Source of the DNA: an uncultured Candidatus Saccharibacteria bacterium
Lineage (GTDB): Bacteria > Patescibacteriota > CALEFQ01
Reading direction: 5' to 3'
DNA length: 64,000 nucleotides
NCBI GenBank assembly: GCA_965230955.1
Contig: OZ246404.1
Span: 856,790 to 920,789, forward strand
A model generated the notes under the pieces. It ran no database searches. It was given only the letters and a program-made list of their open reading frames with translations, and was not told where the DNA came from. Below, piece after piece: positions 48,314 to 57,617 of the stretch. The translations under genes were made by a program, and so were the position numbers. Each line of letters opens with the position of its first letter. The first letter of the stretch is position 1.

Positions 48314-49399
48314 TTACCCCATAATTCCAACCAGCTTCTTAAACACATATACACTCGGCTTTTGCCCAGAACCTTTTTGAATTCTCTGAAGCACTCCACC
48401 CTTTAGAAGTCTCTCGATAATTCGAATCGAGCTCATCTTAGGAATCCCTGATTTTTTCACAAATTGGGCTGTTGTAAAATACGGGAAACAAAACAAGAAA
48501 TCCAGTGTCTTGATGGCAAACTGCGAGTGAGTAAGACTTTCAATCCGAATTTTTTTTGCATCATAAAGCTCGTGAATGGCTTTGGCCTTTTTGATGTTAA
48601 CCTTTGCCTGTTCAATCACAGCGGTCAGAAAATACTCAATCCAGCCCTCCCAATCCTGGTTTTGCGAAACCGATCTGAGTTTGCGGTAATAGGTCGCTCG
48701 ATCAGCTTCCAAATATTGACTCAAATAAAACGCTGGACTCAGAAGCACTTTTTTATCGTAGAGGAAAAGAGGAATAAGAATTCTTCCCAACCTGCCGTTG
48801 CCATCATTGAACGGATGGATCATTTCAAATTGTGCATGAATGATCGCCAATTGGACCATGAAGTCTTTTTCCGATGAATGGATATACTTTTCAAGGTTGG
48901 ACAGGCAATCCACTATTTTCTCCGGAGATGGAGGTACAAAAGAAGCATTTTCAATTTTAGAGCCAATGGGACCAATCCAATTCTGGGTGGATCTGAAATT
49001 GCCAGGATTTTTATTCTGTCCCCTGACCCCACTTAATAGAATTTGGTGAGTTCCTCGGATGAGACGCAAGCTTAGGGGAAGCTTTTTCATTTCACTAACG
49101 GCGAATGTCAGAGCTTTTCGATAATTAATCACCTCTTGGATATCCCCAAACTTCTCTGTTTTCATCTTGGGATCAGCTTCATATTCGAGCACTTCCTCAA
49201 GTGAAGCTTGGGTTCCTTCGATTTTAGATGAAAGAACTGCTTCTTGGGTTGTGAGGGGTGATAGCAGTACAGCAGGATTCGGAATACTTTGCAGAAGGCC
49301 ATCAAATCTGGCTACTTCCGCATTGGCTTTACCTATCAGATGCACAAACTTGTTCCAGTCAAGCTTCACAGGAAGCTTTTCTGGCTCAAAAGGCTTCAT
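48314..49399 (-). CDS. Fic family protein (DUF4172-Fic-HTH type)
   Basis: SSKIEGT inhibitory motif and HPFNDGNGRLGR Fic motif. Confidence 0.93.
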   Translation of the reverse strand: MKPFEPEKLPVKLDWNKFVHLIGKANAEVARFDGLLQSIPNPAVLLSPLTTQEAVLSSKIEGTQASLEEVLEYEADPKMKTEKFGDIQEVINYRKALTFAVSEMKKLPLSLRLIRGTHQILLSGVRGQNKNPGNFRSTQNWIGPIGSKIENASFVPPSPEKIVDCLSNLEKYIHSSEKDFMVQLAIIHAQFEMIHPFNDGNGRLGRILIPLFLYDKKVLLSPAFYLSQYLEADRATYYRKLRSVSQNQDWEGWIEYFLTAVIEQAKVNIKKAKAIHELYDAKKIRIESLTHSQFAIKTLDFLFCFPYFTTAQFVKKSGIPKMSSIRIIERLLKGGVLQRIQKGSGQKPSVYVFKKLVGIMG

Positions 49400-49625
49400 T
49401 TATTTGATAATTTAGTGGTTCACATAGTCAATAATAGACCGTGGGAGAGATTTGAGCAAGACAGGCTCTTAAAAGGACTGCTCATTTTAATATGTAACGC
49501 ATGGGGGGGACAAATTGTACCCCACTTCGAGTTGTCGACAAACTAGCGACAACAGCGGAAATTCATTATCGCAAGACAATTCAAGCGTCCGATTTGATCG
49601 GACAGTTCGATGGACCCAAACACTA

Positions 49626-50144
49626 TCAAAAATACGCAGATCCAATGGAATAGCGCCATCTCTGTTTTTTATCTTGAGCGACGGTAATCTGATCGAGATC
49701 GATGAGCACTTCTCTATCTTCGATGGATAGATTTGAGGAGACCAGGCTTACACCATCAAGCTCCGCGGTAATGCCAAATGATTTACAGAGACTTCCGGGA
49801 AATCTGGTCATATCCCTTGTGTTAAAAACTTCTCCTTCAAAATTCTCCTGCATTATTTCCATCCCATAAAAGGGAGTCGCTTTCCTAATGACTATTGGGC
49901 AGATCGATGATTTTTCACCAACGGCAACCGCGAGCTGGTATTTATTCTTGATGTTGAGGCTAATCAAGGCGGTGCCGGCCTTTCTGTTGTGGATGTGACT
50001 CTTTAGAGTTGGATTGATTTCAACTTCCTCAATCATGGCCGAAAGCGGTCCTTTTGATGAATTATGTACCAGATACTTCCCCAAAAGATTTCGGGCTGCG
50101 ATTTGGGGTGAGAGTTGATAGAACTCTTCTTTTAATGTGCTCAT
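49626..50144 (-). CDS. DNA-3-methyladenine glycosylase (AAG/MPG family), divergent
   Basis: ARNLLGKYLV, IEEVE, PGSLCKSFGI, WRY. Confidence 0.7.
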   Translation of the reverse strand: MSTLKEEFYQLSPQIAARNLLGKYLVHNSSKGPLSAMIEEVEINPTLKSHIHNRKAGTALISLNIKNKYQLAVAVGEKSSICPIVIRKATPFYGMEIMQENFEGEVFNTRDMTRFPGSLCKSFGITAELDGVSLVSSNLSIEDREVLIDLDQITVAQDKKQRWRYSIGSAYF

Positions 50145-50325
50145 AATATAATGGGTTAATCTCTATTTCCAGAGTATCGAACCCGAGCAAAGAGCAAAAC
50201 CAATATTTTGTCTGAGTAGTAAAAAACCTGTGGATTGTATAAATCGATTCAAACTTGAGGTTGCGCTAAGTTAAGCTAAAATCGAGAAAGGGCAAAAGAC
50301 GTTAGAACCTCTCCATAGAAACAGA

Positions 50326-50347
50326 AAACCGCTTGGTTAAGCGGTTT
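50326..50347 (-). terminator. hairpin downstream of tRNA-Asn
   Basis: aaaccgctt-ggtt-aagcggttt. Confidence 0.6.
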
Positions 50348-50396
50348 GTTCGTGATTATAAGGCAAATTTTAAATCAAGGTTCTGAAATTCTGCTC

Positions 50397-50472
50397 TGGC
50401 TCCCCGGGCTGGACTCGAACCAGCGACATCCTCGTTAACAGCGAGGCGCTCTACCGACTGAGCTACCGGGGA
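50397..50472 (-). tRNA. tRNA-Asn(GTT)
   Basis: 76-nt cloverleaf tccccggtagctcag...ctGTTaa...ttcgagt..ggggagcca. Confidence 0.97.
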
Positions 50473-50480
50473 ATAATCAA

Positions 50481-50522
50481 TAAGAATATTAAGATGTTAA
50501 GAGTATTAAGAAAATTAAGAGT
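50481..50522. repeat. 8-9 nt TTAAGA repeats, left arm of inverted pair
   Basis: taagaatattaagatgttaagagtattaagaaaattaagag. Confidence 0.75.
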
Positions 50523-50540
50523 TTGGAGAAATGAAGTAAA

Positions 50541-50918
50541 TCAGAGAGTACTGCGAACCTTGTTAATCATAGAAGCGACAATACGCGTGATTTGCTCGCT
50601 CTCAGATAATAGTTCTTCCAAGTGGCCATTGTCAACCATTTCCAGTTTCTTTAATATATCGAGCCAATACATCGTTTCATTCGCTTCTTTCAAAGCAATG
50701 GTGGCCGAACTAAGAAAATCTTTTTTAGAGCGATTAATCCTGGCTTCGGTCAGATTTGATCCGATTGATCCGGCCGATCTAATCACCTGATCACCCACTG
50801 AAAATTTCACCGATCCCGGCGGCAAACTACCAATTATTCTAACCACTGCTACTGTCAATCGCTTAGACCTTTCAACGATGTCATTTTCTTTTGAATATTG
50901 ACAATATACCCTCCTCAT
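50541..50918 (-). CDS. four helix bundle protein (TIGR02436 / 23S rRNA IVP-like)
   Basis: DQVIRSAGSIGSNLTEA, SKKDF, IALKEANETMYWL. Confidence 0.92.
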   Translation of the reverse strand: MRRVYCQYSKENDIVERSKRLTVAVVRIIGSLPPGSVKFSVGDQVIRSAGSIGSNLTEARINRSKKDFLSSATIALKEANETMYWLDILKKLEMVDNGHLEELLSESEQITRIVASMINKVRSTL

Positions 50919-50927
50919 ATTTCCCTC

Positions 50928-50980
50928 CTCTTAATTCTCTTAATATCTTAATATTCTTAATATCTTTTTTAATAATCTTT
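50928..50980. repeat. TCTTAA repeats, right arm of inverted pair, overlapping the rpoD stop
   Basis: ctcttaattctcttaatatcttaatattcttaatatcttt. Confidence 0.75.
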
Positions 50981-52264
50981 CAGTCGTTTGACTTCAATAT
51001 TTTCGCGAATCTTCTCCAGCGCTTTGGCCTCAATCTGGCGAATGCGCTCGCGGGTGACGCCGAATTCCTGACCGACTTCTTCCAACGTGTGAGCCACGCC
51101 ATCAATCAACCCAAAACGCATTTCCAGAATCTTTTGCTCGCGCGGCAGTAAGTAATGCAAAATTTTCTGGACGTGGTCGCGCAAAAGTTGCCGTCCGGCG
51201 GAAGTCGAAGGCGAAACCGTTTTGACGTCTTCAATGAAATCACCGAGTGTGCTGTCGTCTTCATCATCGCCGACAGAAGTTTCCAGCGACACGGTATCTT
51301 GGTTGATCTTGATAATATGACGCACTTTGTCTACCGGCATATCCATTTCCGCCGCGATTTCCTCCGGTAACGGCTCGCGTCCCAAATCCTGGACCAACCG
51401 CCGCGAGATCTGCATATATTTATTGATCGTCTCCACCATATGGACGGGAATGCGAATAGTACGTGACTGGTCAGCCAACGCGCGAGTAATCGCCTGGCGA
51501 ATCCACCAAGTGGCGTAAGTGGAAAATTTATAGCCCTTGCGGTAATCGAATTTTTCCACGGCGCGGAACAAACCGATATTGCCTTCCTGGATCAAATCCA
51601 GCAAAGTCAATCCGCCACGTCCGACATATTTTTTGGCGATACTGACCACCAAACGCAAATTGGCCTCGATCAATTGTTGCTTGGCCTTGGGATCATGCTT
51701 TTCATTGAGCTTGGCCAAAGAAACTTCCTGTTCGCCCGTCAGGAGCGAGACGCGCCCGATCTCCCGCAAATACATCTGAACCGAATCGGCCGAAAGGTTG
51801 GCGACATCTTCCGGATCTTCTCGGCGCACTCCGAGCAGAGTTTCCTTTTCTTCTCTTTCTTGTTCTTGTCGTTCGGCGACCGGGATGGATTTTTTTGTCT
51901 CCAGCACTTCAATGCCCAATTCATCGAATTTACCCAAAACACCTTCCAGTTTGTCGATATTGGTCTCGGCCTCTGGAACAGCCGCCAGCACCTCGTCTTC
52001 GGTCACAAAACCTTGTTCTTTCCCTTTGCTCAGCAAATAAGACAGCGTCACCGAGGGCGCCGCCATGGCCGCTTTTTTCTTTTCCAGTACCAAAAATTCT
52101 TTTCGGGATTTTTCCGTCCGCTCGGATTTCGGCTTCTTCTTGCCGGTCGGACGTTTGGGCCGCGCGATTTTTTTGTTTTTGGAAACGCGCTTTGTTTTGG
52201 AGCTAATCTTTTTCGCTTTTTTCGCGGCCGGTTTTTTATTTGCTTTCTTTTTTTTGGAAGCCAT
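50969..52264 (-). CDS. rpoD: primary sigma factor RpoD with Lys-rich N-terminus
   Basis: [47 protein letters not shown]. Confidence 0.97.
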   Translation of the reverse strand: MASKKKKANKKPAAKKAKKISSKTKRVSKNKKIARPKRPTGKKKPKSERTEKSRKEFLVLEKKKAAMAAPSVTLSYLLSKGKEQGFVTEDEVLAAVPEAETNIDKLEGVLGKFDELGIEVLETKKSIPVAERQEQEREEKETLLGVRREDPEDVANLSADSVQMYLREIGRVSLLTGEQEVSLAKLNEKHDPKAKQQLIEANLRLVVSIAKKYVGRGGLTLLDLIQEGNIGLFRAVEKFDYRKGYKFSTYATWWIRQAITRALADQSRTIRIPVHMVETINKYMQISRRLVQDLGREPLPEEIAAEMDMPVDKVRHIIKINQDTVSLETSVGDDEDDSTLGDFIEDVKTVSPSTSAGRQLLRDHVQKILHYLLPREQKILEMRFGLIDGVAHTLEEVGQEFGVTRERIRQIEAKALEKIRENIEVKRLKDY

Positions 52265-52274
52265 ATAAATATAC

Positions 52275-54074
52275 TTAGCGTTGATTAATTTCTTTTTCCA
52301 AATTCTGCAGCTCGGCCGACCGCCGAGAAAATTCCGAAGACCAGTGTTCGATATCATTCACCTGGCTTTTTGATTCCGCCTGAAAAATTTGCCCACTGAT
52401 GTCCTGCAGTTTTTGCTTGAGATAACGCCGCTTCAGCAGGCGTAGGCAAATTCGCAATTCCGCGCTCAAGGTTTCCACATCGACATCCTGGAAATCCTGT
52501 TCCACCTGAAATACCAGCTGCTTGGCGAAAGCTTCTTCTGCCGGATCGGCTTTCTTCAGTTGCAGTAATAATTCCGCTTCTGTTTTCCAGCGCTCAGAGT
52601 TGTATTGGGTTTCCAGGCGGGAATATAATTTCCGAATTTTTTCATCAACTAAATATTCCGAATCAAAATGATCAAGGAGGTATTCCATTTCAGCCGGCAA
52701 ACGGATCAGCAGTCCGAGCAGTCGGTTTTCCAGCGCCGCGGCTCCGGAAATTTTTTCGGGCGTCGCCGGATCGACCGGCGGACGCCGATCGCGAACGGGA
52801 TTGGCGACAGGCAGTTTGCTGATCGACGCCTGTAGAGTATCCGTCGGAACGGCGATAATTTTAGCCAGCCGCTCCAGATAATGGTATTGCTCCACGTTAT
52901 TATCAATACGCTTAATCACCGGCAATAATTCCGCCGCCATTTTTTTCTTGTCAGTCACCTTGGCCGGATCGCGCCCGCGTCGAGCCGTCTCAAAAAAATA
53001 CTCCATAATCGGCCGCTGGTCGGCAATCGCCTGTTTCCAAGCCGCCGGGTTTTTTACCGCCAGATCTCCCGGATCTTTTTCCGCCGGCAATTTAATGACC
53101 GTGACGTTAAATCCGCGCTGTAAGGCCAGATCTATCCCGCGCCGAGTGGCCAGATCACCAGCCAAATCCATATCGAAGGCCAGGGCGATATTCTTCGTAT
53201 AACGTTTCAGAAGTTCCAGATGCCCGTCAGTCAGAGCCGTGCCGGAAGAAGCTACGACGTTTTTCACTCCGCTCTGATGAGAAGCCAGAATATCGGTGTA
53301 GCCTTCCACTATAATGGCCTGTTGCGCCGTCCGAATGGCCGAGCGCGCCGCCGATAAGCCGTATAAAATCCAACTTTTATGATAAATTTCGGTTTCGGGC
53401 GTATTCAGATATTTGGCTCCCTGATCGTCGTTCCGTAAAACGCGGCCGCCAAAACCGACCACATCGCCGTGCACATTTTTGATCGGAAACATCAGGCGCC
53501 CGCGGAAACGATCATAATATCCGCCGCGGTCTTTACGGACCGTCAAACCGGCCGCAAAAATATCATCATCGGTATAATTACGTTTTTTCAAGAAAGTACT
53601 GAGAATATCCCAGGAATTCGGGCTATAGCCGATAGAAAATTCCTCGATCGTCTGGGCATTAAATTGCCTTTTGGCAAAATAATCCCGGGCTATTTTGGCT
53701 TCATGACTTTTCAGAAATGCCTGGTGAAAATATTTTGCCGCGAGGTTGTTGATCTCGTATAATTTATTTTTGCGCGACCAGGCTTCGGGATTGCGCGGTT
53801 TAATTTCGATCCCTGCTTTTTGAGCCAGCGTGCGCAAAGCCTCACCGAATTCCATCCCCTCTTTTTCCATAATAAAAGTAAAAATGTCGCCGCCCTTCCC
53901 GCAACCGAAACAGTGCCAGATCTGCTTGTCCGGGCTGACCATGAAGGATGGAGATTTTTCTTGGTGAAAAGGACAAGGCGCCTTGAAATTAGTGCCGGAT
54001 TTTTTGAGCAGCAAGTACTCGCTGATGAGATCAACGATATCGAGGCGCTCTTTTATTTGGTCGCGTTCGTCCAT
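52275..54074 (-). CDS. dnaG: DNA primase
   Basis: [36 protein letters not shown]. Confidence 0.97.
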   Translation of the reverse strand: MDERDQIKERLDIVDLISEYLLLKKSGTNFKAPCPFHQEKSPSFMVSPDKQIWHCFGCGKGGDIFTFIMEKEGMEFGEALRTLAQKAGIEIKPRNPEAWSRKNKLYEINNLAAKYFHQAFLKSHEAKIARDYFAKRQFNAQTIEEFSIGYSPNSWDILSTFLKKRNYTDDDIFAAGLTVRKDRGGYYDRFRGRLMFPIKNVHGDVVGFGGRVLRNDDQGAKYLNTPETEIYHKSWILYGLSAARSAIRTAQQAIIVEGYTDILASHQSGVKNVVASSGTALTDGHLELLKRYTKNIALAFDMDLAGDLATRRGIDLALQRGFNVTVIKLPAEKDPGDLAVKNPAAWKQAIADQRPIMEYFFETARRGRDPAKVTDKKKMAAELLPVIKRIDNNVEQYHYLERLAKIIAVPTDTLQASISKLPVANPVRDRRPPVDPATPEKISGAAALENRLLGLLIRLPAEMEYLLDHFDSEYLVDEKIRKLYSRLETQYNSERWKTEAELLLQLKKADPAEEAFAKQLVFQVEQDFQDVDVETLSAELRICLRLLKRRYLKQKLQDISGQIFQAESKSQVNDIEHWSSEFSRRSAELQNLEKEINQR

Positions 54075-54082
54075 CGATGGGT

Positions 54083-54156
54083 CTTTAGTCTTTGGTCTAT
54101 AGTCTTTGGCCCGAAATAACAAAGGCTAAAGACCAAAGACAAAAGACTAAAGACTT
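54083..54156. repeat. heptamer inverted-repeat hairpin
   Basis: (tctttag/tctttgg)n followed by (aaagact/aaagacc)n. Confidence 0.7.
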
Positions 54157-54236
54157 TAGAATAAAATAATCGCCAAAATCACCAGCACGATGACCGGGAT
54201 CAAGAGCAGTCCCCAATTTTTTAGTAAACGCGGCAT
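54156..54236 (-). CDS. possible 26-aa single-TM peptide
   Basis: MPRLLKNWGLLLIPVIVLVILAIILF. Confidence 0.35.
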   Translation of the reverse strand: MPRLLKNWGLLLIPVIVLVILAIILF

Positions 54237-54260
54237 TAATTAGTCGTTAGTTGCTATTCG

Positions 54261-54378
54261 TCGGTCGATGAATCGTATCTGGCCGTGCCAGATGAAGTCT
54301 CGATCGATTAATCGTGTCTGGCAGTGCCAGACAAAGCTCGGTCGATGAATCATGTCTGGCTGTGCCAGACGAAGCTCG
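54261..54378. repeat. three tandem 38-39 bp units, each with a TCTGGC-NGT-GCCAGA hairpin
   Basis: Degenerate direct repeats starting at 54261, 54300 and 54338. Confidence 0.8.
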
Positions 54379-54396
54379 CCTCTGGCGAGCGTAGTC

Positions 54397-54413
54397 TGGT
54401 CGGGGATGAGGGA
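54397..54413 (-). repeat. 17-bp copy of the tRNA-Pro(GGG) 3' end
   Basis: tggtcggggatgaggga identical to 54771-54787. Confidence 0.85.
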
Positions 54414-54417
54414 CTGA

Positions 54418-54684
54418 CTACGCTCTGCTGCGCAGAGCTTCGTCAGTTAAAATTCGCTTCCATAAAACAGCTTTCCCGGAACCCGCTTTAAAATATTTCT
54501 CCAACTTTCTAGCGGTATACTCTCGAGGAACGGCGATATATGCAATTACTTTCCACGGGCGTTCTGCTTTCGTCGATATATTCAACCCAGCATTATGCTC
54601 GGAAAATCTTCGTGCAAGATTGTTTGTCGAACCAATATAAATCCGATTAGTCTGGCAACTTTTTATTATATAAACAAACCACAT
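54418..54684 (-). CDS. GIY-YIG nuclease, 88 aa
   Basis: FVYIIKS...IYIGST..RRFSEHNAG; AGGAGG RBS. Confidence 0.9.
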   Translation of the reverse strand: MWFVYIIKSCQTNRIYIGSTNNLARRFSEHNAGLNISTKAERPWKVIAYIAVPREYTARKLEKYFKAGSGKAVLWKRILTDEALRSRA

Positions 54685-54770
54685 TTCCCCTCCTATTTTA
54701 GTTGATTGTCTGGCCGTGCCAGACGCCTGCCTGCCGGCAGGCAGGAAGCTCGCCTCTGGCGAGCGTAGTC

Positions 54771-54847
54771 TGGTCGGGGATGAGGGATTCGCACCCTCGA
54801 TCTCCTGCACCCCATGCAGGCGCCTTGGGCTACTGGGCCAATCCCCG
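54771..54847 (-). tRNA. tRNA-Pro(GGG)
   Basis: Cloverleaf with anticodon loop ATGGGGT, encoded CCA; T-loop TGCGAAT. Confidence 0.92.
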
Positions 54848-55003
54848 ACTACGCTTGTGCTTCGCACAAGCTTCGTCGGGCGGGCCCGCTAAGACCCGTC
54901 CGACGAATGGAAAATACCAAATTGTAAAATTGATTCCTGTGCCTGGCCGTGCCAGACGCCTGCCTGCCGGCAGGCAGGAAGCTCGCCTCTGGCGAGCGTA
55001 GTC

Positions 55004-55080
55004 TGGTCGGGGTGGTGGGATTCGCACCCACGATCTCTGCGACCCGAACGCAGCGCCTTGGACTACTGGGCCACACCCCG
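55004..55080 (-). tRNA. tRNA-Pro(CGG)
   Basis: Cloverleaf with anticodon loop TTCGGGT, encoded CCA; T-loop TGCGAAT. Confidence 0.92.
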
Positions 55081-55284
55081 ACTACGCTTGTGCTTCGCAC
55101 AAGCTTCGTCAGGCGGGCCCGAATCGAGGCCTGACCAAGGAAGCTCACACGAAAATCGTTACTCTAATTGTAAAATTCGTTTTAGGATATTAAGAACCTA
55201 TTGGCCGCAGGCCATACGAAGCCTTGAGCGTAGCGAAAGGCGAAGTATGGCCTGCCAGACGAAGCTCGCGAAGCGAGCGTAGTC

Positions 55285-55374
55285 TGGCGGAGAGGGTGAG
55301 ATTCGAACTCACGAGGCCTTTACAGACCTACGGCTTTTCGAGAGCCGCGCCTTCAACCACTCGGCCACCTCTCC
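55285..55374 (-). tRNA. tRNA-Ser(CGA)
   Basis: 90 nt with long variable arm, loop CTCGAAA, encoded CCA. Confidence 0.95.
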
Positions 55375-55592
55375 AAATAGTATTTGGTCACTTGTCGTTG
55401 GTCTTGTGAAGACCATCCATCTTTTTACCAACTTCTTAACAATTTGGCACTACCATAACACCAAAATAGCCTGAAGCAACTGTTTAGGCCGCGTGGCACA
55501 GTTTAGCACTGGAAATTAAATACGTCTACCTTTTTACACAGTAAAACAGGCTTTGTGTCAAAACAACTCTAATTTCTAATATAGCCGCTAAA

Positions 55593-56228
55593 CTAGTCCT
55601 GAATGTTTACAATTTGGGCATTTTCCACCCGATCACCTTCTGCATGTGGATCAGATATAACGGTATAAATCGTCGGCACTGCAACCGGATTGGCGGTGCC
55701 AGCCGGAGGGTAATACTCCAACTGCACTTGATAGCATTGTATCCCCAATGAAGCCGATACCATTGGACATTTTGTTTGATCAGCCACGTCACTCATACCA
55801 GTAACCTGAATACAGCCGACATTATTGGTGAAAAAGTCGGTGAAGTTCTGCTTGGTTGTACCGGATTGTGAAGAATATCGAGCCAGCGCATCATCAGCCA
55901 GCATGGCGAAAGCCGTGTCATAATTTTTGTGATCAATCGCGTCAAAATACTTCAGCAATGCTTGGTGCAACGCATTGGAAGAACCGTAGCTTGGCTTGGT
56001 CAATTTACAAGCAGTGTCGGTCGGCGAGACAGTAGCCGTAGGAGTTAGAGTGGCTGAAACTTCGACTTGGTTCCCGCTCGTGCCGGCGGTTTCATTGGCC
56101 GGACGAATCGAGTCCGTCGTATTGTTTCCGACAGTGCAATTACAACCGGCACCGGTCATAACAAAAATCAAAGCCAAGCCTAGGATAAAGGTCGCGACTA
56201 CGCTTCCTTTGTTTTTAATTTTTTTCAT
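55593..56228 (-). CDS. putative lipoprotein
   Basis: Signal peptide with GAGC lipobox; Thr/Pro linker. Confidence 0.7.
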   Translation of the reverse strand: MKKIKNKGSVVATFILGLALIFVMTGAGCNCTVGNNTTDSIRPANETAGTSGNQVEVSATLTPTATVSPTDTACKLTKPSYGSSNALHQALLKYFDAIDHKNYDTAFAMLADDALARYSSQSGTTKQNFTDFFTNNVGCIQVTGMSDVADQTKCPMVSASLGIQCYQVQLEYYPPAGTANPVAVPTIYTVISDPHAEGDRVENAQIVNIQD

Positions 56229-56315
56229 AATTTTATTTTTATTGATAAAATTTGATCTGCCGATAATCAACCGGCGGAGGGTTTTTCTTTTTGGCGAATA
56301 ATTTATTCATTGTTA

Positions 56316-56951
56316 CTAGCGTACAATGATTTCTTCTTCGGCGCTTTTCAGCGAAACGATACTGTCTTGATTGAACGCGATGTGATTATCAGAGTCCGCT
56401 CCGCGCACAACTTTGATATAAAGCTCGTCATTCTGGCCGATCAGCAAATGCGGGACATAGAATTTACCTTGGCAAGTATATCCCACCGGATCACTGGCGG
56501 GCGAAATATTGGGCAAAGTAATAATTTGTTTCTCCAGCATACTGGGATTGTCTTTGTTCGACGGCAAGCCGTAATAAACCGTAAACTTGGCGTCAAAGCC
56601 ACGTCCCCCGCTGGCTCGATTGGTCGCCAAAGCTTCCATTTCCACTTCAATCAAAGAACCGGTTGCCGGAATACCTTTTAACGTCCATTCCGCAGATTGC
56701 TTTAGCGCCGAATCTCGCAACCAATACCAGCCACTGATCGGATCGCCGGTGGAAGAAAATGTCAAAACGTTGTTGGTTTTGTTGGTCGTCACCACGGGAG
56801 TCGGGGTCGGCACCACCGCGGCGGTCGTCTCGAACTTTTCTATCTCATTGACCACATCGCGCAACGAAATTCCGCCTTCCCGTTTGACACAGCCGCTGAA
56901 CGCGACCAGGGCGAAAACAAAGATAAAAGCAATCGCTAAGAACTTTTTCAT
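56316..56951 (-). CDS. putative lipoprotein
   Basis: MKK..FSGC lipobox. Confidence 0.75.
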   Translation of the reverse strand: MKKFLAIAFIFVFALVAFSGCVKREGGISLRDVVNEIEKFETTAAVVPTPTPVVTTNKTNNVLTFSSTGDPISGWYWLRDSALKQSAEWTLKGIPATGSLIEVEMEALATNRASGGRGFDAKFTVYYGLPSNKDNPSMLEKQIITLPNISPASDPVGYTCQGKFYVPHLLIGQNDELYIKVVRGADSDNHIAFNQDSIVSLKSAEEEIIVR

Positions 56952-56996
56952 GTTGGTATTTTTAATTTTAAATACTGTCAAAATAATTGCGGCCGA

Positions 56997-57617
56997 TCAC
57001 AGAGGTGCGATCGGGAGGTCGCTTAATTTCCAATCGAACTTTCGGCCGTCAAGATATTCCAGAGACGCCCACCACTCTTTATCGGTCGTTGTGAAATCCG
57101 TGTTCCAGGCCGCTCCGCCTTTGGCGGATTCGACTTTTATTTGATGCGACCCCGCCGGCAATTTGAGCGGCAATTGCTTCCAATCAAGCCCCGGAGCCGG
57201 CACATCGATACCCGCTCCCACCTCAATTGAGGAACCATATTTGAAATTTTCGTCCACGATCACTCGATCATCAAGCGTAACTATTAGGTCGACCGGATCA
57301 ACCGAGACGCTCCGATTACGGATCATCAGGGTCAAGCGATTGACCGGCTGAGCCGGGTCAGACGGGATGTTTTCATCGGCCGAAGCGAGCAAATCAGAAT
57401 TATCTATATCAGCCTCTTCCATCGGCTGGAGAGCTTCCGGCAAAACCGAGGAAGCTTCGGCGGAAACAGGCTCCGGCGCGTCGGCCGATTTTTTGTCGTC
57501 TGATTTGGGCCACCAGATCAAAACCGCCACCAAAGCAATAATCACTAGCGCGAGCACAAAAATCAAAATTAATAAGCGTCGCTTTATCGGGGAGGAAGAA
57601 ATGGCCGGCGTAGTCAT
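56997..57617 (-). CDS. membrane-anchored hypothetical protein
   Basis: N-terminal TM and beta-rich C-terminus. Confidence 0.7.
   Translation of the reverse strand: MTTPAISSSPIKRRLLILIFVLALVIIALVAVLIWWPKSDDKKSADAPEPVSAEASSVLPEALQPMEEADIDNSDLLASADENIPSDPAQPVNRLTLMIRNRSVSVDPVDLIVTLDDRVIVDENFKYGSSIEVGAGIDVPAPGLDWKQLPLKLPAGSHQIKVESAKGGAAWNTDFTTTDKEWWASLEYLDGRKFDWKLSDLPIAPL

Larger units (their letters stand above)
32118..50396. mobile_element. tRNA-Asn-anchored island made of five tandem units with no recognisable integrase
   Basis: tRNA 3'-end cores at 32118, 35137, 39308, 41815, 45653 and 50397, each within homologous junction sequence; AT-richer; accessory cargo. Confidence 0.8.

Noticed and set aside
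54261-54378. Mini-CRISPR
   Set aside because: Units are contiguous tandem repeats with no unique spacers.
54685-55409. ORFs overlapping the tRNA cluster, including the long N-terminal extension of the GIY-YIG ORF
   Set aside because: They are translations of tRNA and hairpin sequence. The real GIY-YIG start has an RBS at 54684.
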